A program made the position numbers and the translations under genes. 48,375 nt of DNA, taken from the sequence record DRR378314_2339. The stretch is one strand, 5' to 3'. Positions 20,758 through 31,613 of the stretch are shown one piece after another; within the stretch, counting starts at the first letter, position 1, and each line of letters starts with the position of its first letter. The notes under the pieces are model-generated. The model worked only from the letters and a program-made list of their open reading frames with translations, was not told where the DNA came from and ran no database searches.

Positions 20758-23148
20758 TTATTCTATGGTTATTATTATAACAACTTCATTACCCAGGGCA
20801 TCAACTGCCATAATTCCATGTTCTCCAGGTATGGGCATCAATCCTATTTCGTGATAGTCTGTGGTTTGTCCAATAAATTTCTCATCCAAATACCAATAAA
20901 CCGGTGTTTCCAGTTTAACATGGGCCAACTTAACTACCAATTCATTCTTCTTACCTTCAAAATTTCTTGCCAAAGTAATTCTACTTCCGTTCCTTGGATA
21001 TATGAACTCCATTGCCGCAGTATTGGTTTCCCTACAATTTTCCACAAAGGGAGGCAAGGTCTTATAGGAAGGATGTCCCTTTTTATAATAGTATTCCATT
21101 AACGGGGGCAATACAAACCATGATTCGCTGAACATTTCTGACAAATCTGCACAGGAGGAATTGACCCTGAACTGCTTTTGAACATTTAAATGCACCCATT
21201 GATGATAAGCACATGCCTGGACAAAATTTTGCTTTCTTGGGATAGAAATAACTGTTTTAGGGCATATGTCGGTAGCCAGATAACCGCTTTCCGAACATAC
21301 TTTAATTTCAGTAAACTCATCCTCAGGCTTTTGAAACCAGGTAGACCTGGGCAGCAGATCGAACACATCGAATAAAATTGGTGCGGCACTGCTAAGCCCG
21401 GTTACATTTGGTCTTCCTTCGCCATCCGCATTTCCTGCCCAAATCCCAACTACGTAGTCTTTGGTAATGCCAATGGCCCAGGCATCCTTGTTTCCAAAAC
21501 TGGTACCCGTTTTCCAAGCTATCTGCTTGGAGGAATCAAAAAACTCCCAGGATTCACTGCCCTCGGGCCTATTGACCTTCTTCATAGCCTCAAAGGTAAG
21601 ATAGATACTGGCCGCATCAAAGATGGTCACCTCGGTAGATTTGGCACCGAAATCTACTTTGGTTTCAGATGTTGGAATTGGTTCTACAAATTCCTTTGTA
21701 TAGTATTCACTGGAGGTGGCATTAAAATGGTTTACGGTTGATGCCAAGGAGGCGTAGGTCTTGCACAAATCCCATAGATTACTTTCTGCCCCGCCTAGAA
21801 TTAACGTTAATCCATAATGATCGGCAGACTTATCCAGGCCCCTTAAATTAAAGAAATCCAGTTGATCCCTGAATTTTTCAAGTCCGTAGGAACGTAGCAA
21901 GCGCACTGCCGGGATATTTAGGGACTTGGCCAAAGCTTTATCGGCCTCCACGGCGCCACTATAGCTTTCGTTAAAATTCTCAGGGGTATAACCTGCAATT
22001 TGGGTCGGAACATCCGGTACTAGCATACCGGGCAACAATTCTCCCGCATTCATCATGGCGGTATACAACAAAGGCTTTAGTACACTCCCGGTACTGCGAT
22101 TGGCCTGCACCATATCCACATCCTTTTCGTGTTCGTTGTCCGTTGGTGTGTTACCTACATATGAAAGTACCTCCCGGGTTTTGACATCCATCAACAGAAC
22201 TGCCGCATTGTAAACCTGATTCTGCTTCAAGCTTTTGTAGTGCTTGTTTATAATATTGTTTATACTGCCCTGTAGGTTTTCATCCACATGGGTCGAAATT
22301 CTCTTCCCCTTATATTTTTTGGCCAAATATTGAACCAGATGGGGAGCTGTATCCGGCAGTTGAAAAGGCTTTTTGGGCAATTCTTCCAAAAGCGAAAGCC
22401 GGTAAGTAGTACTATCTATATAATTATTATCCAATAATTTATGAAGTAACCTATTTCTCTTGTACAGCAGTTTTGAATGATTCTTTCCAGGGTAAATCAA
22501 ACTTGGGGCATTGGGCAATACGGCCAAAGTAGCTGCTTCTGCCCATGACAATTGATTGGGCTGCATACCAAAGTAACGCCAAGCTGCTGCCTCCAAGCCT
22601 ACGACATTCCCACCAAATGGGGCATGACTGGCATATAATTTTAGTATATATTTCTTGGAATATCCCAGTTCCAACCTTGTAGCCAAAACCAGTTCCCTAA
22701 CTTTTTCCCAATAGGTCCGTTTTTTGTGGTTACGGGACAAACGTATCACCTGTTGGGTAAGGGTACTGCCCCCCCTTACTGTTTTCCCTGCCAAAATATT
22801 AGCTAAAAAAGATTTGCCTATGGAAATAGGATTAAAACCGGGATGCCAATAAAAATGGGCGTCCTCAAAATTTAAAATACAGGTCTCAAATTTGTAGGGC
22901 ACACTATCCACCACTGGGAATCTCCATTGCCCGTCCTCGGCAATAAGTGCTCCCAAAAGTTTGCCCGATCTACTCTCAACAACGGTAGCATGGGGGGTTC
23001 GGAATAGTTGTTTGGGCAAACAGAAATAATAGGCAATCAACAGTAATATAAGGATAAGTAACTTCTTGGGAAGCCTTTGAATTAGCCCCTTCAACCGTTG
23101 TAAGGTTGTTGCTGCCTTGTCTGGACCCTTATCCGTTCCCAAATTCAT
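20758..23148 (-). CDS. pbpC: Penicillin-binding protein 1C
   Basis: DGQWRF, EDAHF, GGSTLTQQ, SVLK (SxxK), SLN, KTGTS; start taken at ATG 23148 rather than 23259. Confidence 0.93.
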   Translation of the reverse strand: MNLGTDKGPDKAATTLQRLKGLIQRLPKKLLILILLLIAYYFCLPKQLFRTPHATVVESRSGKLLGALIAEDGQWRFPVVDSVPYKFETCILNFEDAHFYWHPGFNPISIGKSFLANILAGKTVRGGSTLTQQVIRLSRNHKKRTYWEKVRELVLATRLELGYSKKYILKLYASHAPFGGNVVGLEAAAWRYFGMQPNQLSWAEAATLAVLPNAPSLIYPGKNHSKLLYKRNRLLHKLLDNNYIDSTTYRLSLLEELPKKPFQLPDTAPHLVQYLAKKYKGKRISTHVDENLQGSINNIINKHYKSLKQNQVYNAAVLLMDVKTREVLSYVGNTPTDNEHEKDVDMVQANRSTGSVLKPLLYTAMMNAGELLPGMLVPDVPTQIAGYTPENFNESYSGAVEADKALAKSLNIPAVRLLRSYGLEKFRDQLDFFNLRGLDKSADHYGLTLILGGAESNLWDLCKTYASLASTVNHFNATSSEYYTKEFVEPIPTSETKVDFGAKSTEVTIFDAASIYLTFEAMKKVNRPEGSESWEFFDSSKQIAWKTGTSFGNKDAWAIGITKDYVVGIWAGNADGEGRPNVTGLSSAAPILFDVFDLLPRSTWFQKPEDEFTEIKVCSESGYLATDICPKTVISIPRKQNFVQACAYHQWVHLNVQKQFRVNSSCADLSEMFSESWFVLPPLMEYYYKKGHPSYKTLPPFVENCRETNTAAMEFIYPRNGSRITLARNFEGKKNELVVKLAHVKLETPVYWYLDEKFIGQTTDYHEIGLMPIPGEHGIMAVDALGNEVVIIITIE

Positions 23149-23440
23149 ATTCCCTTTCCACCAGACAAATACGGACCTTATACCATTTGTACCATTCTTC
23201 CCTTCCCTTTTTTTGGGCAAATAAATGATCTGCCTGCATTTTCCAATCAGCAATGGCACCCAAACTATCCCAATAACTTACGCTGATCCCCATTTGGCCC
23301 CTGGCGCTTTCAAAGCCTAGAAAGCCTGCCTGACTTTTTGCCAATGACTCCATCTGATGGGCCATTTCCAAATACCCTTTATCTTCTTCCGTAGTGATAG
23401 AAGTAAATATTACAGCGTAATATGGATTATTAAGTTCCAT
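23129..23440 (-). CDS. Antibiotic biosynthesis monooxygenase (ABM) family protein
   Basis: YYAVIFTS, GFLGFESAR, ISVSYW, HLFAQKKGREEWY. Confidence 0.88.
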   Translation of the reverse strand: MELNNPYYAVIFTSITTEEDKGYLEMAHQMESLAKSQAGFLGFESARGQMGISVSYWDSLGAIADWKMQADHLFAQKKGREEWYKWYKVRICLVEREYEFGNG

Positions 23441-23442
23441 AT

Positions 23443-23799
23443 CTATATAATGTACTCCTTTTCCAAGAAATAGCTTACCAAAGCTTCTTTCATCAATACG
23501 GATTGTTCGCCGGCCTTTAAAGGGGGCAACTCTTCCTTTATGCTATAATGTGGCCAGCCATCTTCATCAAAAAAATCGAATTCATAGTACCCGTATGGTT
23601 CCAGCAACCTACATATAGCTATGTGCATTAGATTTAATTTTTCATCCTTCTTATAGGTTTTATGAATTTGACCCAGTTCCTGGACTCCAACCAGATATAT
23701 AATGGCATCCAATTCCAAGGGATCATTGTCCGCAAATTGGGCAGACAATTTTTTTACCAAAATCTCCCATCTATCTTTTAATTGTGTATCTCTAGACAT
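23443..23799 (-). CDS. Conserved hypothetical protein
   Basis: 118 aa; GVQELG...KDEKLNLMHIAICRLLEPYGYY; ends 2 nt before the ABM start. Confidence 0.8.
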   Translation of the reverse strand: MSRDTQLKDRWEILVKKLSAQFADNDPLELDAIIYLVGVQELGQIHKTYKKDEKLNLMHIAICRLLEPYGYYEFDFFDEDGWPHYSIKEELPPLKAGEQSVLMKEALVSYFLEKEYII

Positions 23800-23861
23800 C
23801 GTAATTTATCTTAATTTAAATCTATTGTTGGATTCACTTATCCAGACAGAATAGAATTGTT

Positions 23862-23890
23862 CAAAGGTACAAATCAAAGTTTTATATTTG
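23862..23890. promoter_or_regulatory. Back-to-back Bacteroidota -7 elements of divergent promoters
   Basis: TACCTTTG on minus (23869-23862) and TATATTTG on plus (23883-23890), both exact TAnnTTTG. Confidence 0.6.
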
Positions 23891-23905
23891 TCAAAAGACT
23901 TTTGT

Positions 23906-24454
23906 ATGGGTATATTGGATATTATTATTGGACTACTATTACTATATGGCCTATACAAAGGAATTAGAAATGGTCTACTCGTGGAATTGGCATCATTGAT
24001 TGCCCTTATTGCAGGTTTGTACGGCGCCATTCACTTTTCCTACATCGTGGGGGAATATCTTTCAGAAAAAATGGAGTGGAACGAGAGATACATGAACACT
24101 ATCTCGTTTTTGATCACCTTCTGTATTATTGTCCTTGTGGTAAATATTGCTGGAAAACTATTGACCAAGATTGCTGATTTTGCCATGTTGGGATTACTAA
24201 ATAAAATAGCTGGAGGAATATTTGGCGCACTCAAGGTTGCTGTAATCCTAGGCGCCCTATTGATATTTTTTGACAGGACCAACAATCAACTTGGGTTTAT
24301 TAAGCAAGAATCAATTGACGAATCCAGACTTTATATGCCCGTAAAGGAAATAGGGGCCCTTGTTTTTAGCAAGGTGCTTAAGGAAAGCGGGCCTCTTGAT
24401 GTTGAACCACCACAAGACAAGGATAAAAACACCTTCATAAAGGTGGGTGTGTAA
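23906..24454 (+). CDS. cvpA: CvpA (colicin V production) family membrane protein
   Basis: LDIII...GIRNGLLVE; LNKIAGGIFGALK; ATG 23906 lies downstream of the -7 element. Confidence 0.88.
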   Translation: MGILDIIIGLLLLYGLYKGIRNGLLVELASLIALIAGLYGAIHFSYIVGEYLSEKMEWNERYMNTISFLITFCIIVLVVNIAGKLLTKIADFAMLGLLNKIAGGIFGALKVAVILGALLIFFDRTNNQLGFIKQESIDESRLYMPVKEIGALVFSKVLKESGPLDVEPPQDKDKNTFIKVGV

Positions 24455-24526
24455 TTATATCATCCTAAGGCCCCAAAAAAATAATTTGGCAACCATAGGA
24501 TGATATAATACTTCACTCAATAACAA

Positions 24527-25057
24527 TTAATCGGTAGCTTCCATTTTAGTATATGTAAATGTAACGTCTGTTTGTACAGTTAGCCCATTCACATCTGTTA
24601 TGTTATAGTTGGAAGTAGTGGTAAATGCCGTTTTGCCTTCATTGAAAACAATTTTCAAATTTTGAGCGGAACAATTTCCAATCAGACCTAGGATATCACC
24701 GGAATGCTTCCAGGTACCCTCAATCTTAAGCTTGTTACTACAGTTGGACGCATTTTGACCTTGGGCAAATTCGTAGGCACGCTCTGGTCCGAAAGTATAT
24801 TCCGCATCCTTTTCGCAGTCCGTATATTGCACATAAATATCCTTTTTAGGATTCTGCACATCGTCTTTGGTAATATCTACTTCCTTTACCGCCACAATGG
24901 CCGTCAATTCCCAGGTTCCGAGCAACCCATTTTCCGCCTCAGTGAGCGCTCCTTCATAATCAGCAGGACATTCAACGGTATTATCCGTGCTACAACCTAC
25001 CAATAAGCCGTTTAATGCAATTGCCCCAAAGAGCCCAAACCAAATTATTTTTTTCAT
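24527..25057 (-). CDS. Lipocalin-like lipoprotein
   Basis: Lipobox LVGC; LLGTWELT and EGTWK motifs; several Cys. Confidence 0.7.
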   Translation of the reverse strand: MKKIIWFGLFGAIALNGLLVGCSTDNTVECPADYEGALTEAENGLLGTWELTAIVAVKEVDITKDDVQNPKKDIYVQYTDCEKDAEYTFGPERAYEFAQGQNASNCSNKLKIEGTWKHSGDILGLIGNCSAQNLKIVFNEGKTAFTTTSNYNITDVNGLTVQTDVTFTYTKMEATD

Positions 25058-25147
25058 ATGATATCATTTATATTTTATTCATAAATGCAAAAAATACAAA
25101 ATGGTTGCGTTAAGGAACATTCATTTTTTTAGGACCAACACAAGTAA

Positions 25148-28100
25148 TTACTGCACAACTTCTACCCATTGGCCCTTGGTACGAACGGCATAATCATAGT
25201 CGTACATGGCCTCTGCCTGTATTCCGGGCAAGTAATATCTTCCCAAATAAGAGGCGTTCAACAATACCCTGAACACTTTTGTTTCGTTCTTCTTCATGTC
25301 AAAATAAAAATTGGCCCTATCATCCCTCAAATCCGTATAAGTCACCTCGTTTTCAGCAAAATCGCCAAAATCCGTGAACCTGGTATTTACTATTTCCCAG
25401 CCGCTAGGGAATATTTCGGACAGTGCCACATTTTTGATCAATTCTGCCTTGGTATTGGTAAGCGATACTTCCGCGACAAAATCCGTGCCCTGCATTATGG
25501 AAGATGGGTCCAACTTAATGCCGTTCCTTCCCTTAAAGACCACATTGGCCACCAAATTTCTTTGCAACTCCCTTTCCTCTCCCACAGGTAAAATACCTGT
25601 CTTTATGATACTCACATAAAGCAAATTTTCACCAGTATTTTTTATATTAATGGAATTGGCCCCCGTTTTAATGCCCAATCTGGTATTGGCCAAGGTTTTG
25701 TCCGTGTTAATAGTGATATTGCCTCCATTAACAGCTATACTGGCCTTAATTCCCTTGCCCCCTATCATATCGGCAAATTTTGCCAGTGCCAAGAGGCAAT
25801 AGGCAGTACTCTGGGTGCTCATCCATTGATCCGAACTTAAACGCTGAGCCAAATTTCTGGCCATTTCCTGCGCCTTTGCCTTATCATTTAAAAGCACAAA
25901 GGTTTCCAATGCCATAGCCCTATTGCGATCGGAGGATCCATAGGTCTGGTATTCATATTTACCTTCTGAAAAATCATAGTTTGCAGATTTAATTATTTGT
26001 TGGGCCACAGATTCCTGGCCAACAAGTCCGTAGGCCGCCGCCAAGCGAAATTTTCCTTCATTGGACAGGTTGGTTGTTTCCCTTAATCTGTTCATTGACG
26101 CAATATCCGCATTCCCTGAAAGAGCCAAGGTATATAGGCGATATGCCTGGGCCAAATCGGAATACCCTGTTCCTGATCTCCATTGTCTAGCTATATCCTG
26201 TTGATAATTCACCCAGGAGGACTTAAATCCTAAAGGCAAGACATATCCTTTTTTATCGGCTTCCAACAAAAAGTGGCCCACATAGGATGAACTCCAATCA
26301 TCGGCATAATTTTGCCCCGGCCAATAGGCAAACCCGCCATTAGGGGTTTGATAGCTACCAACCCTTTTTATGGCACTTTCAACATTTTGCTGTACCTCTT
26401 TTTTCTTAGCTGTGTTAATATCGAAGATATCACCAATAAACAGCTGGGGAAAAGCACTAGAGGTGGTCTGCTCCAGACACCCATGCGGATATTGGATCAA
26501 ATATTGCATTCTTCCATTAAAATTCATGGGTGGCAGGGTAGAGAATTCCACCTCTGCATTATTACTGCCGGGAATGCCAAAAGTTTCAAGGTCTATTTTT
26601 CTGCTACTGCCGGCCTCCAAAACAATATCCTCCGTAACCGTAGTCAATGGATTAGGGTTTACCACATCTATAGGCACCTCAAAAGATGCCCTTTCCCCAT
26701 TACCCGAAGCCTCAACCACAACCTTGCCGGTACCTTTAAAATCGGCTACCTTTAACTGAAAATAAGCCATTTTTTCATCAGGTTGGGTGAAAGAAACACT
26801 TTGTACGGTCTTCCCTTCTATAGTAAAGGAAGGATCCGGTTTTATTTGTAAAGTCACTTCCTTTACTTTGTTTTCCATAGCAAAAACCGTTATCGGTAAG
26901 GTTACCATCTCCCCTGGAGTGATTTTCCTTGGTAAGGAAGCCAATACCATGAGTGGTTTTCTTACGGGGGTTGCTTTTTCTGCCATGCCATATGCGGCTT
27001 CCCCTGAGTTTCCAGCTATGACCATAGTCCGGACTGAACCAACATATTTAGGGATGTCTATTTTATGTGATTTTGTCTCCCCTTTATTCAAGCTAAAGGG
27101 ACCCAAATAAACCACCATAGGTTCAAAGCGATTGGCCTTTTTATTTTTGGCTCCGGCCAATTCTCCGTCCCCACCTATAGCAAAGACCTGATTTATTCTT
27201 CCACCAAAGGCACCGATGACATCATCGTACACGTCCCAACTCCTTACACCAAGTGCTTCCCGTGCATAAAAAGTATTCCATGGATTTGGAGTTTTATAAC
27301 GGGTAAGGTCCAGCAAGCCTTCATCTACCATGGCAATACTATAGGTCATGGCCCTACCTTGTTTCTCATATACTTTGAGGGTTATACTTTCCTCAGGCTT
27401 TAAGACATCCGGCATAGCAATTTCCGGTTGCAGTCTGGTCAAAGGATCTTCTACCAATATTGGAACTACCCCATACATCCGTATAGGGGAATCGTTTAAG
27501 GTAGTGGAATGCGGCTGAAGCAAACTAATATTGATATAAACATTGGGTGTATACAATTCGGATATAGGAATTTCAAATTTTGTCTCACCATTGTCGGATT
27601 CCACCCAGTGCGAATGCAATACTTCACTACCATTTTCAACGGTAACCAATGCCCTGCCTCCTTCCGAACTAGGAAAGGTTACGGTAGCCGTTTCCCCTAC
27701 CTTATAAACTTCCTTGTCCGTAGAGAACACCAACATAGTGGCGGCAGAAGGATCGTTTTTCATGCTTTTTCCAGCCCATCCCGGCCAGTCTACATAAATT
27801 GTTTTACCAGTTGCATGCCCTCCCTTTGGGTCTTCCACCCTCACCAAATAGCGGCCCCAATCGGGATATTTTAACTCAAAATTAAATGATGCCTTACCAC
27901 TGGAATCGGTACTTACGGTTTCCTCCAATACTCTTTCCTGATATTCACTACTGCTAAAATTGGAAAGATTATCGGCTGAAGTCTCCCACCACCACCTCCA
28001 ACCTACTTTATAAATAGTTACTTTTAAATTGCTGGTGGCTTTGGCCTTGCCCATTTCATCTACCGTTACCACCTCAAATTTATGGGGCTGATCTGTGAGC

Positions 28101-30658
28101 AACATTCCCCTTGTTTTGTCGCCTTTGGGCACATTAAGGCCAACATAGGTATTAAAGGGCGAAAATTGTTTTGTAAAGACGTCCGTACTAAAATCGCCCC
28201 CATTTTCATAAACCTTGGTAATAAATGCTGCCGTAAGCATTCCCGGGGCCTGACTATTAATTTGTGGATTTAACGAAAAGGCTGCTTTACCTTCGGCGTT
28301 GACGGCACTATTAAAAACTATTTGATCCTCTGTGGCAAACGCCCTTGTAGGATCATCAAAAACATAAGCCGGAAAGTTCTTAAAAGTGGTAGTCTGTACA
28401 TTGAACTTTGCCGTAATATCCGCTTTTAGGTTTTTGGCCACCGCACCGTGAAGCCAAGCCACTTCCAGCATACCTTTAATGGGTTTACCACCGGACAAGA
28501 TCTCATTCTCAAATGCTGTCTTAATCTTTAATCTATTTGGCTTGATGGTTTCAATCTTGATCGTTTTTGAAAAAGTTGCCCCTCCCACTGAAACTTTCGC
28601 CATCCAATTACCAGTAGGTGCATTTTCATCAGTCTTTAAAACGAAACTATAAAAATTGTTCAGGGAATTTGTCCTCACTTCCCGGTGCACCACCTTGTTA
28701 TAGGGATCCATCAATTCCAATTTCACGGGATGCCCTACAGGGAGTTTATTGGCCTTATCATTCAGCATAAACGAAAGAAAAAGTTTGTCGCCAGGGCGCC
28801 AGACTCCCCTTTCCCCAAAAATAAAACCTTTTATTCCCTTTTGTAGTGCAACCCCATCAACGTTAAACTTACTTACGGACAGGGCGTTGCCATCATTTAA
28901 TTTAACATAGGTCTTTTGACCACTGCTCTCAGCTACCGCAAAGTAAGCCAATTGATCGGTATCAAATAGAGACGTACCATCCAACTCCGTTATTACCTGC
29001 CCAATGGACTGTTGTTGGTAATTATAAAAAGTTACCTTGGCCCCGGCAATGGGTTCAGTGTTTACAATATTATTGACCGCTACAAAATAACTCTTGTTCA
29101 ACCCTTGTTTTACAGTTACCCCCAGATCCGAGGCCAATACATTGGCTCCTACCGTTTTATCATAGTAATAGGAAGTATGGCAAGGGTTATCCCGTTGATT
29201 CCAGTCATAATCAAAGTAATAATCTTCATAGTAGGATTCCACTCCGTCCCATGAGCTGTTTTCAGTTTCCTGATCAAAATCATCTTCCGATGGGGCTTGC
29301 TGTTCAAAATTGGTGTCCTCGCATTTGTAAAGGCTATAAGAGGGTTTAAAACCAAATTCGACCCTATAAATAGCCCCTACCTCAGGTGTAATAAGTGTTC
29401 TTAAATCAATGGCATGTGCCGACCATTTACCACTATTCCCGCCAAGACCGTTTTCTAAATCCAATTTCTTGGTGGCTATTGGCCGTGCCACTGTTTTTAG
29501 GTTGTAACTGCCGTTAAGATCATTGCCTTGTAAGAACTGAAGAATATTGCTCTCAAAAATTTTATAGACGCTTAGGTCGACCGACTTCAGATTAACCGCC
29601 TCAAAATTAATTTTTAGATTATTCGAGGATGGTAAAATTGTTCCATTGGATAACAAACGGACCTCCGGTTTTATTTGTTCAAAGGCTACCCTCTCTGTAA
29701 GCTTTGTTTTAAGCTTGTACCCATCTACACTTTCAATACCTTCAAAAACCTCGAGCCTTAGTGTTGTGCTCAACTCTTTGGAAGGATATATCTTTAGAGT
29801 ATTGCCAACTACATTGTATTTTAGGTTGCCATCGCCTTCCAGCACTACTAGCCCCTTGAAGTTCTGTCCTTTTTTTAAGGGATCCGAGAAATTGACGTTT
29901 ATGATCTGATTTTCCCCTGTTTCCAAGCCAACATCGAGTATAGTAAAATTACTCTTGCCCGGTATTTTTATAGTATTTTTTCCTGCACTTTCAATATCCA
30001 TACCGGTTCCGTCCCACACAACCTCCAAATCCGTATCCTCTGTGAATCGCTGAATGCTATCTATCTTAAAATGAAATTGGGTTCCTTCTGCTATAGATGA
30101 ATCAAATTTAACAGGGACCATTTTGCCTTTCTGTTTTACATCCAACAATTGCTTGGCCCTTTCCAAACTTAATTGATCGGCACTCTTCAATTGTCCTTCC
30201 AAATATTGATAATCCTTGGAATAGGACTGTAGGGCCTGGGTATACACATTAAACTGTTGTTTCAATGTTTGCACCTCGAAATTAAACTTGCGCAACTCTT
30301 TTGGGACCCCGGAAATAACAGATCCGAGATCCAAAGTAAACCCATAACTACTATCTTGCTGAAAACCGGCCTCGGGTACAAAAGCAATTGTTCTACTATC
30401 CAAGGCTATCACCTTGCCACTAGTCTTGGGAAATACAACCAATAAATCGCCATCCAATTCCTTTCCGCTTTCCCATGAATCAACAGGACGGCTCAGCACA
30501 ACCCGTACATCTGCCCTTACAGAAATTATTCCATGGGACACTTCCGTTATATATTCCTGATAAAGATTTAAGTTATCTGCTGGAGTTTTGCCGGTCTCTT
30601 TTTTCGGGTTACAACCAAGGATGAAAAGAAATATTAGGGCACGGAAAATTACTTTCAT
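25148..30658 (-). CDS. Bacterial alpha-2-macroglobulin (YfhM-like) lipoprotein
   Basis: Start 30658 (MKVIF...ILGC lipobox); ERGVWRPGD MG domain; YPHGCLEQTTS thioester motif; DLRDDR, EAMY. Confidence 0.95.
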   Translation of the reverse strand: MKVIFRALIFLFILGCNPKKETGKTPADNLNLYQEYITEVSHGIISVRADVRVVLSRPVDSWESGKELDGDLLVVFPKTSGKVIALDSRTIAFVPEAGFQQDSSYGFTLDLGSVISGVPKELRKFNFEVQTLKQQFNVYTQALQSYSKDYQYLEGQLKSADQLSLERAKQLLDVKQKGKMVPVKFDSSIAEGTQFHFKIDSIQRFTEDTDLEVVWDGTGMDIESAGKNTIKIPGKSNFTILDVGLETGENQIINVNFSDPLKKGQNFKGLVVLEGDGNLKYNVVGNTLKIYPSKELSTTLRLEVFEGIESVDGYKLKTKLTERVAFEQIKPEVRLLSNGTILPSSNNLKINFEAVNLKSVDLSVYKIFESNILQFLQGNDLNGSYNLKTVARPIATKKLDLENGLGGNSGKWSAHAIDLRTLITPEVGAIYRVEFGFKPSYSLYKCEDTNFEQQAPSEDDFDQETENSSWDGVESYYEDYYFDYDWNQRDNPCHTSYYYDKTVGANVLASDLGVTVKQGLNKSYFVAVNNIVNTEPIAGAKVTFYNYQQQSIGQVITELDGTSLFDTDQLAYFAVAESSGQKTYVKLNDGNALSVSKFNVDGVALQKGIKGFIFGERGVWRPGDKLFLSFMLNDKANKLPVGHPVKLELMDPYNKVVHREVRTNSLNNFYSFVLKTDENAPTGNWMAKVSVGGATFSKTIKIETIKPNRLKIKTAFENEILSGGKPIKGMLEVAWLHGAVAKNLKADITAKFNVQTTTFKNFPAYVFDDPTRAFATEDQIVFNSAVNAEGKAAFSLNPQINSQAPGMLTAAFITKVYENGGDFSTDVFTKQFSPFNTYVGLNVPKGDKTRGMLLTDQPHKFEVVTVDEMGKAKATSNLKVTIYKVGWRWWWETSADNLSNFSSSEYQERVLEETVSTDSSGKASFNFELKYPDWGRYLVRVEDPKGGHATGKTIYVDWPGWAGKSMKNDPSAATMLVFSTDKEVYKVGETATVTFPSSEGGRALVTVENGSEVLHSHWVESDNGETKFEIPISELYTPNVYINISLLQPHSTTLNDSPIRMYGVVPILVEDPLTRLQPEIAMPDVLKPEESITLKVYEKQGRAMTYSIAMVDEGLLDLTRYKTPNPWNTFYAREALGVRSWDVYDDVIGAFGGRINQVFAIGGDGELAGAKNKKANRFEPMVVYLGPFSLNKGETKSHKIDIPKYVGSVRTMVIAGNSGEAAYGMAEKATPVRKPLMVLASLPRKITPGEMVTLPITVFAMENKVKEVTLQIKPDPSFTIEGKTVQSVSFTQPDEKMAYFQLKVADFKGTGKVVVEASGNGERASFEVPIDVVNPNPLTTVTEDIVLEAGSSRKIDLETFGIPGSNNAEVEFSTLPPMNFNGRMQYLIQYPHGCLEQTTSSAFPQLFIGDIFDINTAKKKEVQQNVESAIKRVGSYQTPNGGFAYWPGQNYADDWSSSYVGHFLLEADKKGYVLPLGFKSSWVNYQQDIARQWRSGTGYSDLAQAYRLYTLALSGNADIASMNRLRETTNLSNEGKFRLAAAYGLVGQESVAQQIIKSANYDFSEGKYEYQTYGSSDRNRAMALETFVLLNDKAKAQEMARNLAQRLSSDQWMSTQSTAYCLLALAKFADMIGGKGIKASIAVNGGNITINTDKTLANTRLGIKTGANSINIKNTGENLLYVSIIKTGILPVGEERELQRNLVANVVFKGRNGIKLDPSSIMQGTDFVAEVSLTNTKAELIKNVALSEIFPSGWEIVNTRFTDFGDFAENEVTYTDLRDDRANFYFDMKKNETKVFRVLLNASYLGRYYLPGIQAEAMYDYDYAVRTKGQWVEVVQ

Positions 30659-31010
30659 GAAAAGAACCAATTTAGTACAGTAAAGATAAAAGGTTTTCCT
30701 TTTGTGGAATATTTTTGATCCAATTAAGCGCTGCAAAAATTTATTTACCTCTCATTTCAATTCCAAGCTTAGCCCCGAAATCCCAAATACTATATGTGCA
30801 TCGAAAATATAACTCTAAGTCCATTATATAAGTAATCCTTGGATTACAGGATGTATATTGTGCTATGCATTTCGTCGAATAAATCACTTAATTCAACTTC
30901 TTGCTAAATAATTTTTTTAATATTACAACCGTTGGTTACGAGAAGCCAATTACGAGAACACAAGAATTCCCCATTCTTCCCTTTCTTCCTGCTTACAAAT
31001 AGAACATTAT

Positions 31011-31487
31011 ATGAAAATGAAATTGCATTATTTTGCAATGCTTTTGTTCGCATTTGTAGTATTCTCTTGTAGCACAGAGTCTATAGGACCGGCAATTAGT
31101 CCCGAAGTCGAAAATGCGGTTGAAGTGGAGCAGGAATTATTGGGAATCGTCAACGACCATCGTATTTCCTTGGGCTATAACGATTTGGATTTCAGCTCAG
31201 TGGCATATGAGTTTGCCAACAAACATACAGACTACATGATAGCCAAAGGATCTATCAACCATGACAATTTTAGCGCGCGTGCATCGGATATTTCCCAAGC
31301 AGTAAATGCCTCTTTTGTCTCTGAAAATGTAGCGAAAGACTACGATTCCGCCCATGAGGCCTTTCAAAAATGGTTGGCCAGTTCTGAGCATAGAAAAACT
31401 ATGGAAGGTGAATTTACGCACACCGCTGTAAGTGTAAAGAGGAACACAGACGGCAAACTATATTTTACACAACTCTTCTACCGATAG
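31011..31487 (+). CDS. CAP/SCP-domain lipoprotein
   Basis: Lipobox VFSC; VNDHR, HTDYM, ENVA, WLASSEHR, YFTQLF. Confidence 0.9.
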   Translation: MKMKLHYFAMLLFAFVVFSCSTESIGPAISPEVENAVEVEQELLGIVNDHRISLGYNDLDFSSVAYEFANKHTDYMIAKGSINHDNFSARASDISQAVNASFVSENVAKDYDSAHEAFQKWLASSEHRKTMEGEFTHTAVSVKRNTDGKLYFTQLFYR

Positions 31488-31613
31488 TCTTCTTAAAAGC
31501 AGTTTACTTTTATTATTTTTGATGTTATACCGTGTTTTAATATTTGATAGCGTATCAGTTGCTATCGAAAGTTAATAGTCGGCAGCATAATATTAACGTC
31601 AATTTGATAGACT

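Noticed and set aside
21800-21811. ATTAACGTTAAT, similar to the LacI operator core
   Set aside because: Inside the pbpC CDS, lacks the flanking CG, and is far from any promoter
23149-23259. Extended pbpC N-terminus in the ORF track
   Set aside because: Overlaps the ABM gene by 131 nt; ATG 23148 gives a normal basic-plus-TM N-terminus
30659-30736. Extended alpha-2-macroglobulin N-terminus
   Set aside because: The lipoprotein signal begins at ATG 30658; the extension starts at a non-ATG codon in the promoter region
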